Source: Deltaproteobacteria bacterium (GTDB lineage Bacteria; Desulfobacterota; Binatia; UBA9968). Taken from it: DNA of 64,000 bases. This document shows positions 8,691 to 18,488 of this stretch, piece after piece (position 1 is the stretch's first letter; each line of letters opens with the position of its first letter). The position numbers were made by a program, and so were the translations under genes. The DNA lies in NCBI GenBank assembly GCA_016193465.1, contig JACPSE010000186.1:6593-70592 (forward strand), given 5' to 3'. The notes below the pieces were generated by a model. It made no database searches. It saw nothing but the letters and a program-made list of their open reading frames with translations, and had not been told where the DNA came from.

Positions 8691-9746
8691 ATGAAGGTTG
8701 GAAGGACACGGGTTATTTCTTGGCTCGGCCTCGGCGCCGCAATGCTTATGACGGCGCCAGCCTACGGCCAAAGGGTCGGCTGGGAACAAATTCTAGAAAG
8801 ACTTTACCCTGCCGCCAAAAAGGAGGGCGAGGTGGTCTTTAACGGGGGGTCGGGGGAGATGAATGTTGGCGGTAAAGAAGGGCTTGCAAAGTTCGCCAAG
8901 AGATTCCCCGGAGTCAAGCTCACGGTCAGCAACTTGGCCTCTTCCAAGGTCGGACCGCGGGTGATCACTGAAGCCAGGGCGGGAAAAATCACGTTAGACG
9001 CGTATCATGATGATCCTCCACCGGCCAAGGAAATGATTGACCGGGGATTAGTGGCGCAACTCGATCCTCAGGAGTTGACTGAGAAACCGGAAAGGCAGAC
9101 ATGGGTGTTCAGCAACAAGCTCCCTGCAGTGAGTCACACAACAACCCATCTGGCCTATAGTACGAATCTGGTGAAGAAAGCGGATGTGCCGAAGCGCTAC
9201 GAAGATCTCTTAGATCCCAAGTGGAAGGGGCGAATAGCCGTCGATGGGCGGGGGCCGTACGGTTTTACGCACTTACGTCTGGTCTGGGGCGAGGAACGTT
9301 TTTGGAAATTCATCAAGGTATTTCCGGATCAAAAGCCCATCTGGGACACTAGGTGCAGTGGTTCGACCGATCGGGTAGTTATCGGCGAGGTTTATATAGG
9401 TTGCGCTTCGTTCCCGAATGTCCAGGAATTAAAGGCAAAAGGTGCTCCAATCGAATTCCTGCCGCTGGATCCGGTTTATGCCCGCGTCAAACTCTTTATT
9501 GCTATAAAAGGTTCACCCCACCCCAACGCAACGAAACTCTTGCTCGCCTGGCTGCTCTCACCGGAAGGCGCCGAAGCAGTTGACAAAGCGGGCAGCGGGC
9601 CAGCGATTCCTGGAACCAGCTACTACGACGAGTTAATAAAGTCCGGCGCCAAGCTGTTTTACAACGACAAGCTAACCTATGAGCAAATGGTGCTGTTAGA
9701 TAGGACCCGAGACGAAATCGGCAAGTTATGGGGAGTCATGAAGTAA
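8691..9746 (+). CDS. ABC transporter periplasmic substrate-binding protein (Fe3+/thiamine/polyamine-type SBP family)
   Basis: Signal peptide MKVGRTRVISWLGLGAAMLMTAPAYG followed by the SBP fold. It is immediately followed by the fused permease. Confidence 0.8.
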   Translation: MKVGRTRVISWLGLGAAMLMTAPAYGQRVGWEQILERLYPAAKKEGEVVFNGGSGEMNVGGKEGLAKFAKRFPGVKLTVSNLASSKVGPRVITEARAGKITLDAYHDDPPPAKEMIDRGLVAQLDPQELTEKPERQTWVFSNKLPAVSHTTTHLAYSTNLVKKADVPKRYEDLLDPKWKGRIAVDGRGPYGFTHLRLVWGEERFWKFIKVFPDQKPIWDTRCSGSTDRVVIGEVYIGCASFPNVQELKAKGAPIEFLPLDPVYARVKLFIAIKGSPHPNATKLLLAWLLSPEGAEAVDKAGSGPAIPGTSYYDELIKSGAKLFYNDKLTYEQMVLLDRTRDEIGKLWGVMK

Positions 9747-9779
9747 TTGCCGACCATCGCCTGGAGACGGCGTGAGAAC

Positions 9780-11528
9780 ATGCGAATGGGGAGTTACTCC
9801 GTTCGTTCGTGGAGCCGGAAAACATTTACATCAGAGAAACTGCTTTTTGTCAGTGTCACGCTCGTCATCGTTTACCTGACGCTTCCGCCGCTAGCGATGC
9901 TCTTCCTTTCGAGCGTGAAGAGCACGGCCGATAAGCTGCCGATCGAACCCGCCCCGTGGACGCTGTCCAATTACCATCAGGTGCTCGCTGACAGCGAAAC
10001 TTACGTCCTCCTCCAGAACAGTCTGATCTACGCTTCTGGCGTAGTCGCGCTTTCTTTAGCCATAGCGATTGTACTGGTTTGGCTGATCGAAAGGACGGAT
10101 CTTCCGTATCGCAACTTGGTCTTCACATTAATTCTCATTCCGCTTGCCATCCCTGGATTGATCAAAGCCATCGGCTGGTCTTTGCTCGCGAACCCCCGCG
10201 TCGGCGTGCTGAACGTCGTGATGAGGACATGGCTTGGCATAACTGCGGACACGGGTCCGGTGAACATCTATTCGCTTGGCGGCATTATCTTCGTCAGCAC
10301 GCTTTCGATGGTGCCTTCAGTGGTTCTGATGATCTCCGGATGCTTCCGCAATTTCGATCCTGCCCTTGAGGAGGCCGGTGAAACGTGCGGCGTATCTCGG
10401 CTCAGAACTCAGGTGCTTGTGACCCTTCCATTGTTACGTCCGGCGCTATTGGGAGCGCTTATCTATTACTTTGCCAACGCACTCGATGATTTCCAGATTC
10501 CCGCCGTGCTAGGGTTGAGTGCCGGCATCCGTGTGTTCAGCACAAAGATCTTTCTTGCCACGACCCCTACTTACGGCTTACCCGACTACGGGCTTGCCAG
10601 CGCGTACGCCATGTTACTGTTCGTGCTCGCGGCTCTGTTAATCTTGTTTTATCGCAGGACCGTGAGGAAACCCGAGCAGTTTGCGGTTGTCACCGGGAGG
10701 GGATATCAGGCGCGGCCGATTGCGCTCGGCAAATGGAAGTACGCGGCGCTGGCGGGCATTGCGTTTTACTTGGTTCTGGCGGCGGTTTTCCCCCTGATGA
10801 TTCTATTATGGGTCAGTATGCAGCCGTTTCTTAGCGTTCCCTCATTGAGTGCGCTGGGCCGATCGACCGCCGCTGCGTACGTCGCGCTCTTAGAAATGGA
10901 AAAATTTAGAGCAGCGGCGCTCAACACCTTGATTGTTTCTGTTACGGTTGCAACCGGCGTCATGTTGCTCAGTACGGTGAGCGCCTGGATAAGCGTTCGC
11001 TCGCGGTTCTGGGGAAACTGGATACCGGATTTTCTCACTTTTGTTAACAGCGCCGTTCCAACCGTAGTATTCGGCCTGGCGCTTATGTTTGTCTACTTGA
11101 GTTTCCCGTTTCTTTCTCTTTACGGAACGATCTGGATCCTGGTGATTGCTCTCCTAACGCGCTACATCACCTACACGACGCGCTTGATGGGTGGTGCGGT
11201 GACGCAAATCCATCGAGAACTCGAAGAAGCTGCGCTCGCCAGTGGCGCGTCGAAAAGCAGTACCTTTCTGCGCGTCACCTTGCCGCTGTTATTGCCTTCT
11301 TTCGTCAATGGCTGGCTGTGGGTCATCATCCATGCTCTGCGCGAAGCCACGATTGCCATACTACTGATGACTCCGGGCAATGTTGTGCTCGCCGCTCTCA
11401 TCTGGGAGAAATACCAAGAAGCCGGCGACCATAGTTTGGTCGCCGCGATGAGTCTATTGTTGACGGCCGCTTCGCTGCTGCTCACATTTCTTGGCCGCCG
11501 GGCGTTGGCTCTATACGGTGTGCATTAA
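9780..11528 (+). CDS. ABC transporter permease, fused two-domain (FbpB/ThiP-like, two BPD_transp_1 repeats)
   Basis: 593-aa ORF with two repeats of six TM helices carrying EAA-like loops (ALDDFQIP...; EEAALASGAS). The ATG at 9780 is preferred over the upstream TTG. No ATPase gene is adjacent. Confidence 0.8.
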   Translation: MRMGSYSVRSWSRKTFTSEKLLFVSVTLVIVYLTLPPLAMLFLSSVKSTADKLPIEPAPWTLSNYHQVLADSETYVLLQNSLIYASGVVALSLAIAIVLVWLIERTDLPYRNLVFTLILIPLAIPGLIKAIGWSLLANPRVGVLNVVMRTWLGITADTGPVNIYSLGGIIFVSTLSMVPSVVLMISGCFRNFDPALEEAGETCGVSRLRTQVLVTLPLLRPALLGALIYYFANALDDFQIPAVLGLSAGIRVFSTKIFLATTPTYGLPDYGLASAYAMLLFVLAALLILFYRRTVRKPEQFAVVTGRGYQARPIALGKWKYAALAGIAFYLVLAAVFPLMILLWVSMQPFLSVPSLSALGRSTAAAYVALLEMEKFRAAALNTLIVSVTVATGVMLLSTVSAWISVRSRFWGNWIPDFLTFVNSAVPTVVFGLALMFVYLSFPFLSLYGTIWILVIALLTRYITYTTRLMGGAVTQIHRELEEAALASGASKSSTFLRVTLPLLLPSFVNGWLWVIIHALREATIAILLMTPGNVVLAALIWEKYQEAGDHSLVAAMSLLLTAASLLLTFLGRRALALYGVH

Positions 11529-11616
11529 GCTTCCGCGTCGAGCTCAATACATTGAGGGTATGACGCTGGCTGTCCGGCCGGCTCGGATCGCACCGAGAAC
11601 GACAACAGTGTCCTTG

Positions 11617-12517
11617 GGGTCAGGTCTTGCAATCCAATAGTGGATAAGATAGGCACAAGGCATGGCTCGGCCTCTGCGCTTGCAATATTCTGGGGCGCTC
11701 TATCATCTGACCTCCCGTGGCAATGCCCGCCAGAAGATCTTCTTAGATGACGATGACCGGGAGTTATTTATGAGCACCCTCTCTCATGTCATTTCCCGCC
11801 ACGGTTGGCTTTGTCATGCCTACTGCCTGATGGACAATCACTATCATTTGATAGTAGAGACCCCCCGGCCCAATCTATCTTTGGGGATGCGTCAGCTCAA
11901 CGGGATTTATACCCAGGCATTTAACCGTAGGCACCGTAGGGTGGGTCATCTGTTTCAGGGCAGGTATAAGGCCATCTTGGTGGAGAAGGAGGCCCATTTG
12001 TTAGAGCTTTGCCGCTACGTGGTGCTCAATCTGTCGCGGGTAGGGTCAAGGAGGGGGGTAGAGCAGTGGCGGTGGAGTAGTTATAGGGCCACGGCAGGTT
12101 TAGCCTCTGTGCCAGAGTTTTTAACTGTGGATTGGATCTTAGAGCAGTTTGGGCAGAAAAAGGGGCAGGCTCGGGCCCGCTACCGGGCCTTTGTCAGAGA
12201 GGGTTTGGAGAATCGGCTCTGGGAGAAGCTTAGGGGGCAGATCTATCTAGGGAGTGAGCAGTTTATAGAGAGGCATCAAAAGGCAGGGGAGGAGATAACG
12301 GAAGCACCGAAGGTGCAAAGGAGAGCGGTGAGGCCCGGCTTGAAGCATATCTTTAGCAGAGGCAGGGATAGAGGAATTGGGGTAGCGTACCTGGAGTATG
12401 GGTATCGGATGAGGGAGATTGCAGAATATCTTGGGGTTCACTATGCTACGGTGAGCCGCAGGCTGAGAGAGCTGGAGAAGAAGAGGAAAAGAAATGTATG
12501 ATTGCAAGACCTGACCC
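11617..12517 (+). mobile_element. compact element: IS200-like Y1 (HuH) transposase gene bounded by perfect 18-bp terminal inverted repeats
   Basis: GGGTCAGGTCTTGCAATC at 11617-11634 and its exact reverse complement at 12500-12517, the latter overlapping the transposase stop codon. Confidence 0.65.
11662..12501 (+). CDS. IS200-like Y1 tyrosine (HuH) transposase domain protein with a C-terminal HTH extension (RAYT-like)
   Basis: HuH motif NHYHLIVETP and catalytic Tyr in GHLFQGRYKAIL. The C-terminal REIAEYLGVHYATVSRRLRELE is an HTH. 279 aa. Confidence 0.75.
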   Translation: MARPLRLQYSGALYHLTSRGNARQKIFLDDDDRELFMSTLSHVISRHGWLCHAYCLMDNHYHLIVETPRPNLSLGMRQLNGIYTQAFNRRHRRVGHLFQGRYKAILVEKEAHLLELCRYVVLNLSRVGSRRGVEQWRWSSYRATAGLASVPEFLTVDWILEQFGQKKGQARARYRAFVREGLENRLWEKLRGQIYLGSEQFIERHQKAGEEITEAPKVQRRAVRPGLKHIFSRGRDRGIGVAYLEYGYRMREIAEYLGVHYATVSRRLRELEKKRKRNV

Positions 12518-12529
12518 TTTTATTGCCAC

Positions 12530-12618
12530 AAACTCGCTGGCAAAGGGCTCACTGAAGAAAATTTTGCGTCCTTGGCAGTTGGCCCCAAAAAGGAAATTCC
12601 TGTCACTGGTAAATTATC
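12530..12618. repeat. dispersed REP-like repeat, copy 2 (between the transposase element and the gshA 3' end)
   Basis: ctggcaaagggctcactgaagaaaattttgcgtccttggcagttggccccaaaaagga; see 4262-4345. Confidence 0.6.
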
Positions 12619-13962
12619 TCAGGGCAATTTGTAAGCGCTGTACTCGATGAGCTTCTCGATATCGCGCTCCATCTCCCCTTCCCACTTCTCCACGAGAATA
12701 TCGGCCGGACATTTTCCCTGAAACAGCAGATCCTTGAGCGGCTTCAGATAGATGGTCTCATCATCTCCGTTCTCGTCCAGCGCCCCTTGCCGCTTTAATC
12801 CTTCCCAGGCGATTTGAAAGAGTTCCTTGGCAAGATCGAGAAGCGAGAAACGGCGGATGCGCGCCCCCAGCGCCTGACGGTGCGAATCGTGATAAAGCCC
12901 CATTCTCTCGTCCCAAGACCATCCCTTGACTAAATCCCACGCGGCCTCAAGGCAGTCGGCATCGTAGAGGACTCCTTTAATGAGCGCGGGCAAGGCCGGC
13001 ATGAGTTCCGGGGACTGGCTGTCAGCAGAGCGGAACTCTATATAGCGCTTGATCCTCACTTCGGGAAACAGAGTTGTTAGGTGGAGTTCCCAATCCTCCA
13101 TCGTAGCGTAGTGACCTTTATATCCATGACTCAGAAAGTGGCGGAAAGGGATGCCGGAAAAATCGATGTAATTCCCATCCCGCATAATGAAATACATCGG
13201 GACATCCAGGGCGTACTCCACATAGTGGGCAAAAGAGACATCCGAAGAGAATGCGAAGGGCAGCAAACCGCAGCGATCCTTGTCCGTCCCGGTCCAGATA
13301 TGTCCCCGAAAGCTCCTGTAGCCGTTGAGACTGCCTTCGCAGATAGGAGAGTTGGCAAAAACGGCGGTAATCAGAGGAGAAAGCCCCATGGCCGCGCGGA
13401 ACTTTGCCATCGCATCTTTTTCATCGCTGTAGTCTACGTTGGCCTGAACGGTGGCGGTTTGCTTCATCATCCGGTGACCCATCGTACCCACTTTCTCCAT
13501 GTACGGGGCCATGATCCGGTAACGCCTTTTTGGCACCCACTCGATCTCTCCCAGGGAACTGACGGGCTGAATCCCCAAGCCCAGAAACACCACGTCCAAC
13601 CGCTCCGCCACCTCCAGCAACTCACGAATATGCTGAGTGAACTCTGCATGGCTACAGTGAATGCTCTCGCACTGTTCGCCGCTAAGCTCGATCTGGCCGC
13701 CAGGCTCCAAGTGGATTTGAGCCTTCCCTCGGATAAGGGCGATCACATGGCCATCGTCTTCTTGCGGTTCCCAGTTGTATTGCCCGACCAAGGCCCTAAG
13801 AATGGTCTCAACTCCTCGCGGTCCTGAGTAGGGAATCGCCTTGCCGCTTCGGCGCTCGATTGCTACTTTTTCGTACTCGGTCCCGACGCGCCATTGCCGA
13901 CGCGGCTTTCCCGAGCTATGAAAAAATTCCTCGAGCTCTTCCTTACTGCGGATGGGAGACAT
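12619..13962 (-). CDS. gshA: glutamate--cysteine ligase, plant/cyanobacterial type (GCS2 family)
   Basis: RVGTEYEK...IHLEPGGQIELSGEQCESIH matches plant-type GCL motifs. ~447 aa. Confidence 0.8.
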   Translation of the reverse strand: MSPIRSKEELEEFFHSSGKPRRQWRVGTEYEKVAIERRSGKAIPYSGPRGVETILRALVGQYNWEPQEDDGHVIALIRGKAQIHLEPGGQIELSGEQCESIHCSHAEFTQHIRELLEVAERLDVVFLGLGIQPVSSLGEIEWVPKRRYRIMAPYMEKVGTMGHRMMKQTATVQANVDYSDEKDAMAKFRAAMGLSPLITAVFANSPICEGSLNGYRSFRGHIWTGTDKDRCGLLPFAFSSDVSFAHYVEYALDVPMYFIMRDGNYIDFSGIPFRHFLSHGYKGHYATMEDWELHLTTLFPEVRIKRYIEFRSADSQSPELMPALPALIKGVLYDADCLEAAWDLVKGWSWDERMGLYHDSHRQALGARIRRFSLLDLAKELFQIAWEGLKRQGALDENGDDETIYLKPLKDLLFQGKCPADILVEKWEGEMERDIEKLIEYSAYKLP

Positions 13963-14980
13963 GGGCGCGGATGTTTTGCTGAAAGGGAGGTGTAATCACG
14001 CCTTTCTCCGTGATGATGGCCGACACCAGGTCGTGGGAGGTGATATCGAAAGCCGGGTTCACGATGCGCACACCCCTCGGCGTAACGGGACGGCCGAAGA
14101 TGTGGGATACCTCCCGAGGGTTCCTTTGCTCGATCGGGATCTCGCTCCCGGAGGAACATTTAGGATCGATGGACGAGGTGGGCCCAGCCACATAAAAAGG
14201 GATATTATGGCGCCGCGCCAGCACCGCGACACCGTAGGTTCCGATCTTATTGGCCACATCACCGTTCGCCGCTACCCGATCGCAACCCACAACGACCGCG
14301 TCCACCTTGCCACGCTGCATGAGGTAACCGGCCATGTTATCGGTGAGAAGCGTTACCGGAATCTTATCTTTTTTGAGCTCCCACGCCGTCAGCCGCGCGC
14401 CCTGGAGGAAAGGACGGGTCTCGTTGACCAGCACCTCCACATCCTTACCCGCTTCCTTCATCGCCCGAATCACCCCGAGGGCCGTTCCGTATCCGGCAGT
14501 GGCCAAGGCCCCCGCATTGCAGTACGTCATCACGCGGCGCGCATTTCCCAATAGCTTCGCGCCGAATTTTCCCAAAAGGCGGTTGGCCGCAATGTCTTCC
14601 GCGTAAATCTTCAGTGCTTCTTCCTTGAGAAGCCGCTTCACCGTCTCAACCCCCAGGCTTCTTTTCTCGATATAGATTCTGCGCATACGCTCGAGCGCCC
14701 AAAAAAGATTCACGGCAGTTGGCCGCGTCTTACCAAGTGTCCGAAAGATGCGCTCGATCTCGCGGTCAAAATTCTTGCCCTTAACCCACAGGGCTCCCAG
14801 AGCAACGCCCATCGCTGCCGCCACCCCAATGGCGGGCGCGCCACGGATCACCATATCCCGGATGGCCTGCGCCACCTCTGAGTAATCCCGATAGCTCCGG
14901 TAGACCTCCCTTTGCGGCAAAAACCGCTGATCCAGCATGACCACGTGATTGTTGTTCCATTGAATGGTCTTAACAGCCAT
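13943..14980 (-). CDS. mtnA: S-methyl-5-thioribose-1-phosphate isomerase (eIF-2B alpha/beta/delta-like)
   Basis: MAVKTIQWNNNHVVMLDQRFLP...GAPAIGVAAAMG...CDRVAANGDVANKIGTY. The start is taken at the internal Met (14980), not the 15079 ORF extension. It overlaps the gshA start by 20 bp. Confidence 0.85.
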   Translation of the reverse strand: MAVKTIQWNNNHVVMLDQRFLPQREVYRSYRDYSEVAQAIRDMVIRGAPAIGVAAAMGVALGALWVKGKNFDREIERIFRTLGKTRPTAVNLFWALERMRRIYIEKRSLGVETVKRLLKEEALKIYAEDIAANRLLGKFGAKLLGNARRVMTYCNAGALATAGYGTALGVIRAMKEAGKDVEVLVNETRPFLQGARLTAWELKKDKIPVTLLTDNMAGYLMQRGKVDAVVVGCDRVAANGDVANKIGTYGVAVLARRHNIPFYVAGPTSSIDPKCSSGSEIPIEQRNPREVSHIFGRPVTPRGVRIVNPAFDITSHDLVSAIITEKGVITPPFQQNIRAHVSHPQ

Positions 14981-15143
14981 CGACAGGTTTCCTATTTCTG
15001 CGGAGGTCGAGTATATTAGGGAGAAGAAGGGAGCGTCAAGGGCCGGAAGGCTCGTTATGAAAGACCTGTGCCGGGCCAAGAAACGAGCATAACAAGGGGC
15101 GATAAACGAAGTTAGGCAACGTTAATCGGACTGGCGCTCTGGT

Positions 15144-15533
15144 TCACTCGCCTTGGGCGATCACGTACGCCATGGCATAGCGCCCGGTGTGAGTGATCGA
15201 AAGGGACCAATGGTGGATTCCGCGCTGCCGGGCTAGCACGGCGGTCTTATTATGGAGATAGAGCTCGGGCTTTCCTCCCGGGGAGGGAAGCGCTTCAATA
15301 TCCAGCCAGCTTACCTTTGATCCCCAACCCCTTCCCAGAGCCTTCATGACCGCCTCTTTGGCGGCGAAGCGTCCGGCATAGCTCTCGTATTTGCCCCGTT
15401 CTTTTCCTTCGCAATACTCGATCTCTTTTTCCGTATAGACACGGTGCCGAAATCTCTGGCCGATCTTGGCGTCCTCCAAGGCACGCCTCACCCGCTCTAC
15501 CTCGATCAGATCCACGCCCACACTGACAATCAT
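15144..15533 (-). CDS. acpS: holo-[acyl-carrier-protein] synthase
   Basis: MIVSVGVDLIEVERV...FAAKEAVMKALG; 129 aa. Confidence 0.9.
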   Translation of the reverse strand: MIVSVGVDLIEVERVRRALEDAKIGQRFRHRVYTEKEIEYCEGKERGKYESYAGRFAAKEAVMKALGRGWGSKVSWLDIEALPSPGGKPELYLHNKTAVLARQRGIHHWSLSITHTGRYAMAYVIAQGE

Positions 15534-15641
15534 GCCAGGAAATTAGCCCTGCTCCCGCGTCAGTGTCAATGGCAGCCGATTTCAGGACTTAGGCCCCCTC
15601 CGCTTCTTTGGCGTTGACTGCGAGGATTTGTTAACGTAAGA

Positions 15642-16856
15642 ATGATGTCGACTGGGGGAATTCATACGGTGTTCAAGCGGCTCGCGTGGTTCCTGATTCT
15701 CTGCTTTTTCATGGGACCTTTTTTGATCTCTACCAAAGTCTGGGGTCAAAAAGGGGTGATCAAGATTGCCACCCAGACCCCTCTTTCGGGAGAGCAAGCA
15801 GCCGTAGGTGAACATATCAAGCTGGGCGCGCAGCTTGCGGCAGAAGAGGCGGCGAAAAGTTTTCGGGCCCTGGGCTTCGGGTTGATTTTTGTCCCCTACG
15901 ATGATCAGGCAAAGCCTGAGGTCGGCGTGGTGAACGCCAGAAATATCGTGGCGGACCCTGACGTCCTCCTCGTCGTCGGCCATTTCAACTCGGGTGTGGC
16001 CCTTCCCTCCTCGGAGATCTACAAGGACACCATGTTAGCGATGATCTCGCCTGCCAACACTGCGACTGAGATCACCGACCGCGGCTATCCGAATGTCAAT
16101 CGCGTCTGCGGCCGAGACGACGTTCAGGGACCCGCAGGGGCGAGATTCGCCGCCCAGGACCTCAAGCTCAAATCCGTCTATGTCGTTCACGACAAGACAC
16201 TGTACGGCCAGGGGGTGGCGGATACCTTCCGGGGCGAGGCGACCAGGCTCGGCCTGAAAATCCTCGGCTATGACGGCACCGAGGAACGCGCCAATTTCGC
16301 CCCGATGATCATCCCGATGAAGGCCAAGAACCCGGAGCTGGTTTACTTCGGCGGCATCTACCACCAGGGAGGCCTGCTCTTGAAACAGATGCGGGAGAAA
16401 GGAGTGAAGGCGATCTATATGGGGCCGGACGGTCTGGACTCCTCGGAAATGGTGAAAATCGCCGGAACCCAGGTCGCTGGCACGTACTATACCACTGTTG
16501 CCGGCCCTATGGACGCCTACCCGGAATCAGCCGCCTTTGCGAAAAGATTCAAGCAGCGCTTTGGCAAAGAGGTCGAGTCCTTCGGGATGTATGGCTATGA
16601 CGCGGCAATGGTGGGATTGAAAGCGATCGAGCAGGTCATCAAGGAGCTCGGAGGTAAAAAACCGACCCGGGCACAGGTTTCAGCCGCTGTCAGGAAGCTA
16701 AAAAACTACAAGGGAATTACCGGCTCCATCACCTTCGACGACAAAGGAGACCCGGTGAAGGCCAAGTACTTTGTCCTCAAGTTTGAAAAAATGCACTATC
16801 CCGGAAGGGTTGTTAAGGTGGTCGAGCAAGCGGCGCCGCAGAAAAAGAAGCTCTAG
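15642..16856 (+). CDS. branched-chain amino acid ABC transporter substrate-binding protein (LivJ/LivK, Peripla_BP_6)
   Basis: N-terminal signal peptide and the LIV-binding fold (IKIATQTPLSG...GYDAAMV). Confidence 0.85.
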   Translation: MMSTGGIHTVFKRLAWFLILCFFMGPFLISTKVWGQKGVIKIATQTPLSGEQAAVGEHIKLGAQLAAEEAAKSFRALGFGLIFVPYDDQAKPEVGVVNARNIVADPDVLLVVGHFNSGVALPSSEIYKDTMLAMISPANTATEITDRGYPNVNRVCGRDDVQGPAGARFAAQDLKLKSVYVVHDKTLYGQGVADTFRGEATRLGLKILGYDGTEERANFAPMIIPMKAKNPELVYFGGIYHQGGLLLKQMREKGVKAIYMGPDGLDSSEMVKIAGTQVAGTYYTTVAGPMDAYPESAAFAKRFKQRFGKEVESFGMYGYDAAMVGLKAIEQVIKELGGKKPTRAQVSAAVRKLKNYKGITGSITFDDKGDPVKAKYFVLKFEKMHYPGRVVKVVEQAAPQKKKL

Positions 16857-16913
16857 TGCTGGGCCCATCAACTTCGCCGCCATATTTCCTCAAACCTTAG
16901 GAACATTCAGAAC

Positions 16914-17996
16914 ATGAAGAGAAAACTCCGGGTAGCCATCCTTTGCGGCGGGAAATCGGCGGAGCATGAAATTTCGCTCCAGTCGGCCAAAAACATCGTC
17001 GAGGCCATAGATGAGAAAAAATATGAGGCGATCCTGGTCGGCATTAGCAAAAAAGGAGAGTGGACTGTAGTCGAGACGCCAACGAAGGGCTGGCCCAAGT
17101 CTATTCAAAAGGCAAGCAGAAGTCTCGCGTTGGCCCTTGGGAGAAAGACGGGGCCGTTGGTCGGGCCTTCAGGCCGCGAAGCCGTTGGACCGGTGGATGT
17201 GGTGTTCCCGGTTCTCCATGGGCCATTTGGCGAGGATGGCACAGTCCAGGGGCTGTTGAAGCTCGCCAATGTGCCGTTCGTGGGCGCCGGCGTCCTGGGT
17301 TCCGCTGTTGGCATGGATAAGGACGTCATGAAGCGCCTGCTCCGCGACGCCAGGATCCGAACCGCCAGCTTTGTCGTATTAGACCGCTCTTCGTCGGCTG
17401 AAGAAGATTTTGAAACCCTGCGCCAGCACTTAGGGCTTCCCTTCTTCGTCAAACCAGCCAACCTCGGCTCGTCCGTGGGAATCAGTAAAGTCAAGGCGAA
17501 AGGGCAATTCAAGGCCGCGCTCCAAGAGGCGTTTCGATACGACAGCAAGGTTTTGGTGGAAGAGCACATTCAAGGGAGAGAGATCGAATGTTCCGTCCTG
17601 GGAAACGACCACCCTATCGCGTCCGTGCCCGGAGAGATCATCACGCGGCATGAATTCTATTCCTACGAGGCCAAGTATCAGGACGAGAGGGGAGCGATCC
17701 TGGAGATCCCCGCAAGACTCCCTACCGAAATCACGAAGGAGATCCAGGAGATCTCGATCAAGACCTTCAAGGCGCTTTGCTGCGAAGGGATGGCGCGGGT
17801 GGACTTTTTTCTCAGAGATAACGGCGAGGCCATCGTAAACGAGCTCAACACCATACCGGGCTTTACCAAAATCAGCATGTACCCCAAACTCTGGGAGGCC
17901 AGCGGAATCTCCTACACGGAACTGATCGACAGACTGATCCAGCTTGCCCTGGAGAGATCGAAAAGGGAAAAAAAACTCAAAACTTCCTATCTGTAA
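16914..17996 (+). CDS. ddl: D-alanine--D-alanine ligase
   Basis: KLRVAILCGGKSAEHEISLQSA...FVKPANLGSSVGISKV...ELNTIPGFT. It lies outside the dcw cluster. Confidence 0.9.
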   Translation: MKRKLRVAILCGGKSAEHEISLQSAKNIVEAIDEKKYEAILVGISKKGEWTVVETPTKGWPKSIQKASRSLALALGRKTGPLVGPSGREAVGPVDVVFPVLHGPFGEDGTVQGLLKLANVPFVGAGVLGSAVGMDKDVMKRLLRDARIRTASFVVLDRSSSAEEDFETLRQHLGLPFFVKPANLGSSVGISKVKAKGQFKAALQEAFRYDSKVLVEEHIQGREIECSVLGNDHPIASVPGEIITRHEFYSYEAKYQDERGAILEIPARLPTEITKEIQEISIKTFKALCCEGMARVDFFLRDNGEAIVNELNTIPGFTKISMYPKLWEASGISYTELIDRLIQLALERSKREKKLKTSYL

Positions 17997-18045
17997 GCGC
18001 CCTGTAACGCTTCTTCGCTTAAGTTTCTCCCTTCAAGTTGAGATT

Positions 18046-18075
18046 TGACATAAGAGCTCTTTGAAATATAACCTT
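18046..18075 (+). promoter_or_regulatory. promoter candidate TTGACA-N16-TATAAC
   Basis: ttgacataagagctctttgaaatataac upstream of the 18143 ORF. Confidence 0.35.
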
Positions 18076-18142
18076 TAGGTCATCACGATCCTTGAGGGCG
18101 CTAGCGTCAAAACCCAAAAAGGTGTCAGGGTTTCAAGAGGGG

Positions 18143-18445
18143 ATGAGCGTCGTAGTTAATCTTCACAGCCCGCCCGAGAGGGTATGGGGACTCCTCACCC
18201 ATATTTCTCCAGCAGGGATTCAGATGCGCGGCATCAACGTCAAAACTTTCGATGACTGGGTATGCGCGATTCTTAAAAACGAACGCAACGTAGGGCCTAC
18301 CCATCTCTTCCTCCCTATGTGGCGAGTGGAACGGATGTCTATGGACGAGAGACTGGGGAATATTCTTTCGCTGGAGGAGCAGTTTCGCGCTCGAGTCGGC
18401 GTGACTCTACAGGAGTACCTGGGTTGGGGTGGACCGATCCGTTAG
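18143..18445 (+). CDS. hypothetical protein (~100 aa)
   Basis: ORF with a GAGGGG SD before the ATG at 18143. No family recognised. Convergent with ftsZ. Confidence 0.35.
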   Translation: MSVVVNLHSPPERVWGLLTHISPAGIQMRGINVKTFDDWVCAILKNERNVGPTHLFLPMWRVERMSMDERLGNILSLEEQFRARVGVTLQEYLGWGGPIR

Positions 18446-18488
18446 AAGCGGAATCCCTTGAATCGGATACTCTTGAGTCTGATCCAGC

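Noticed and set aside
13081-13827. 248-aa plus-strand ORF
   Set aside because: Entirely antisense to plant-type gshA. High-GC antisense ORF with no family resemblance.
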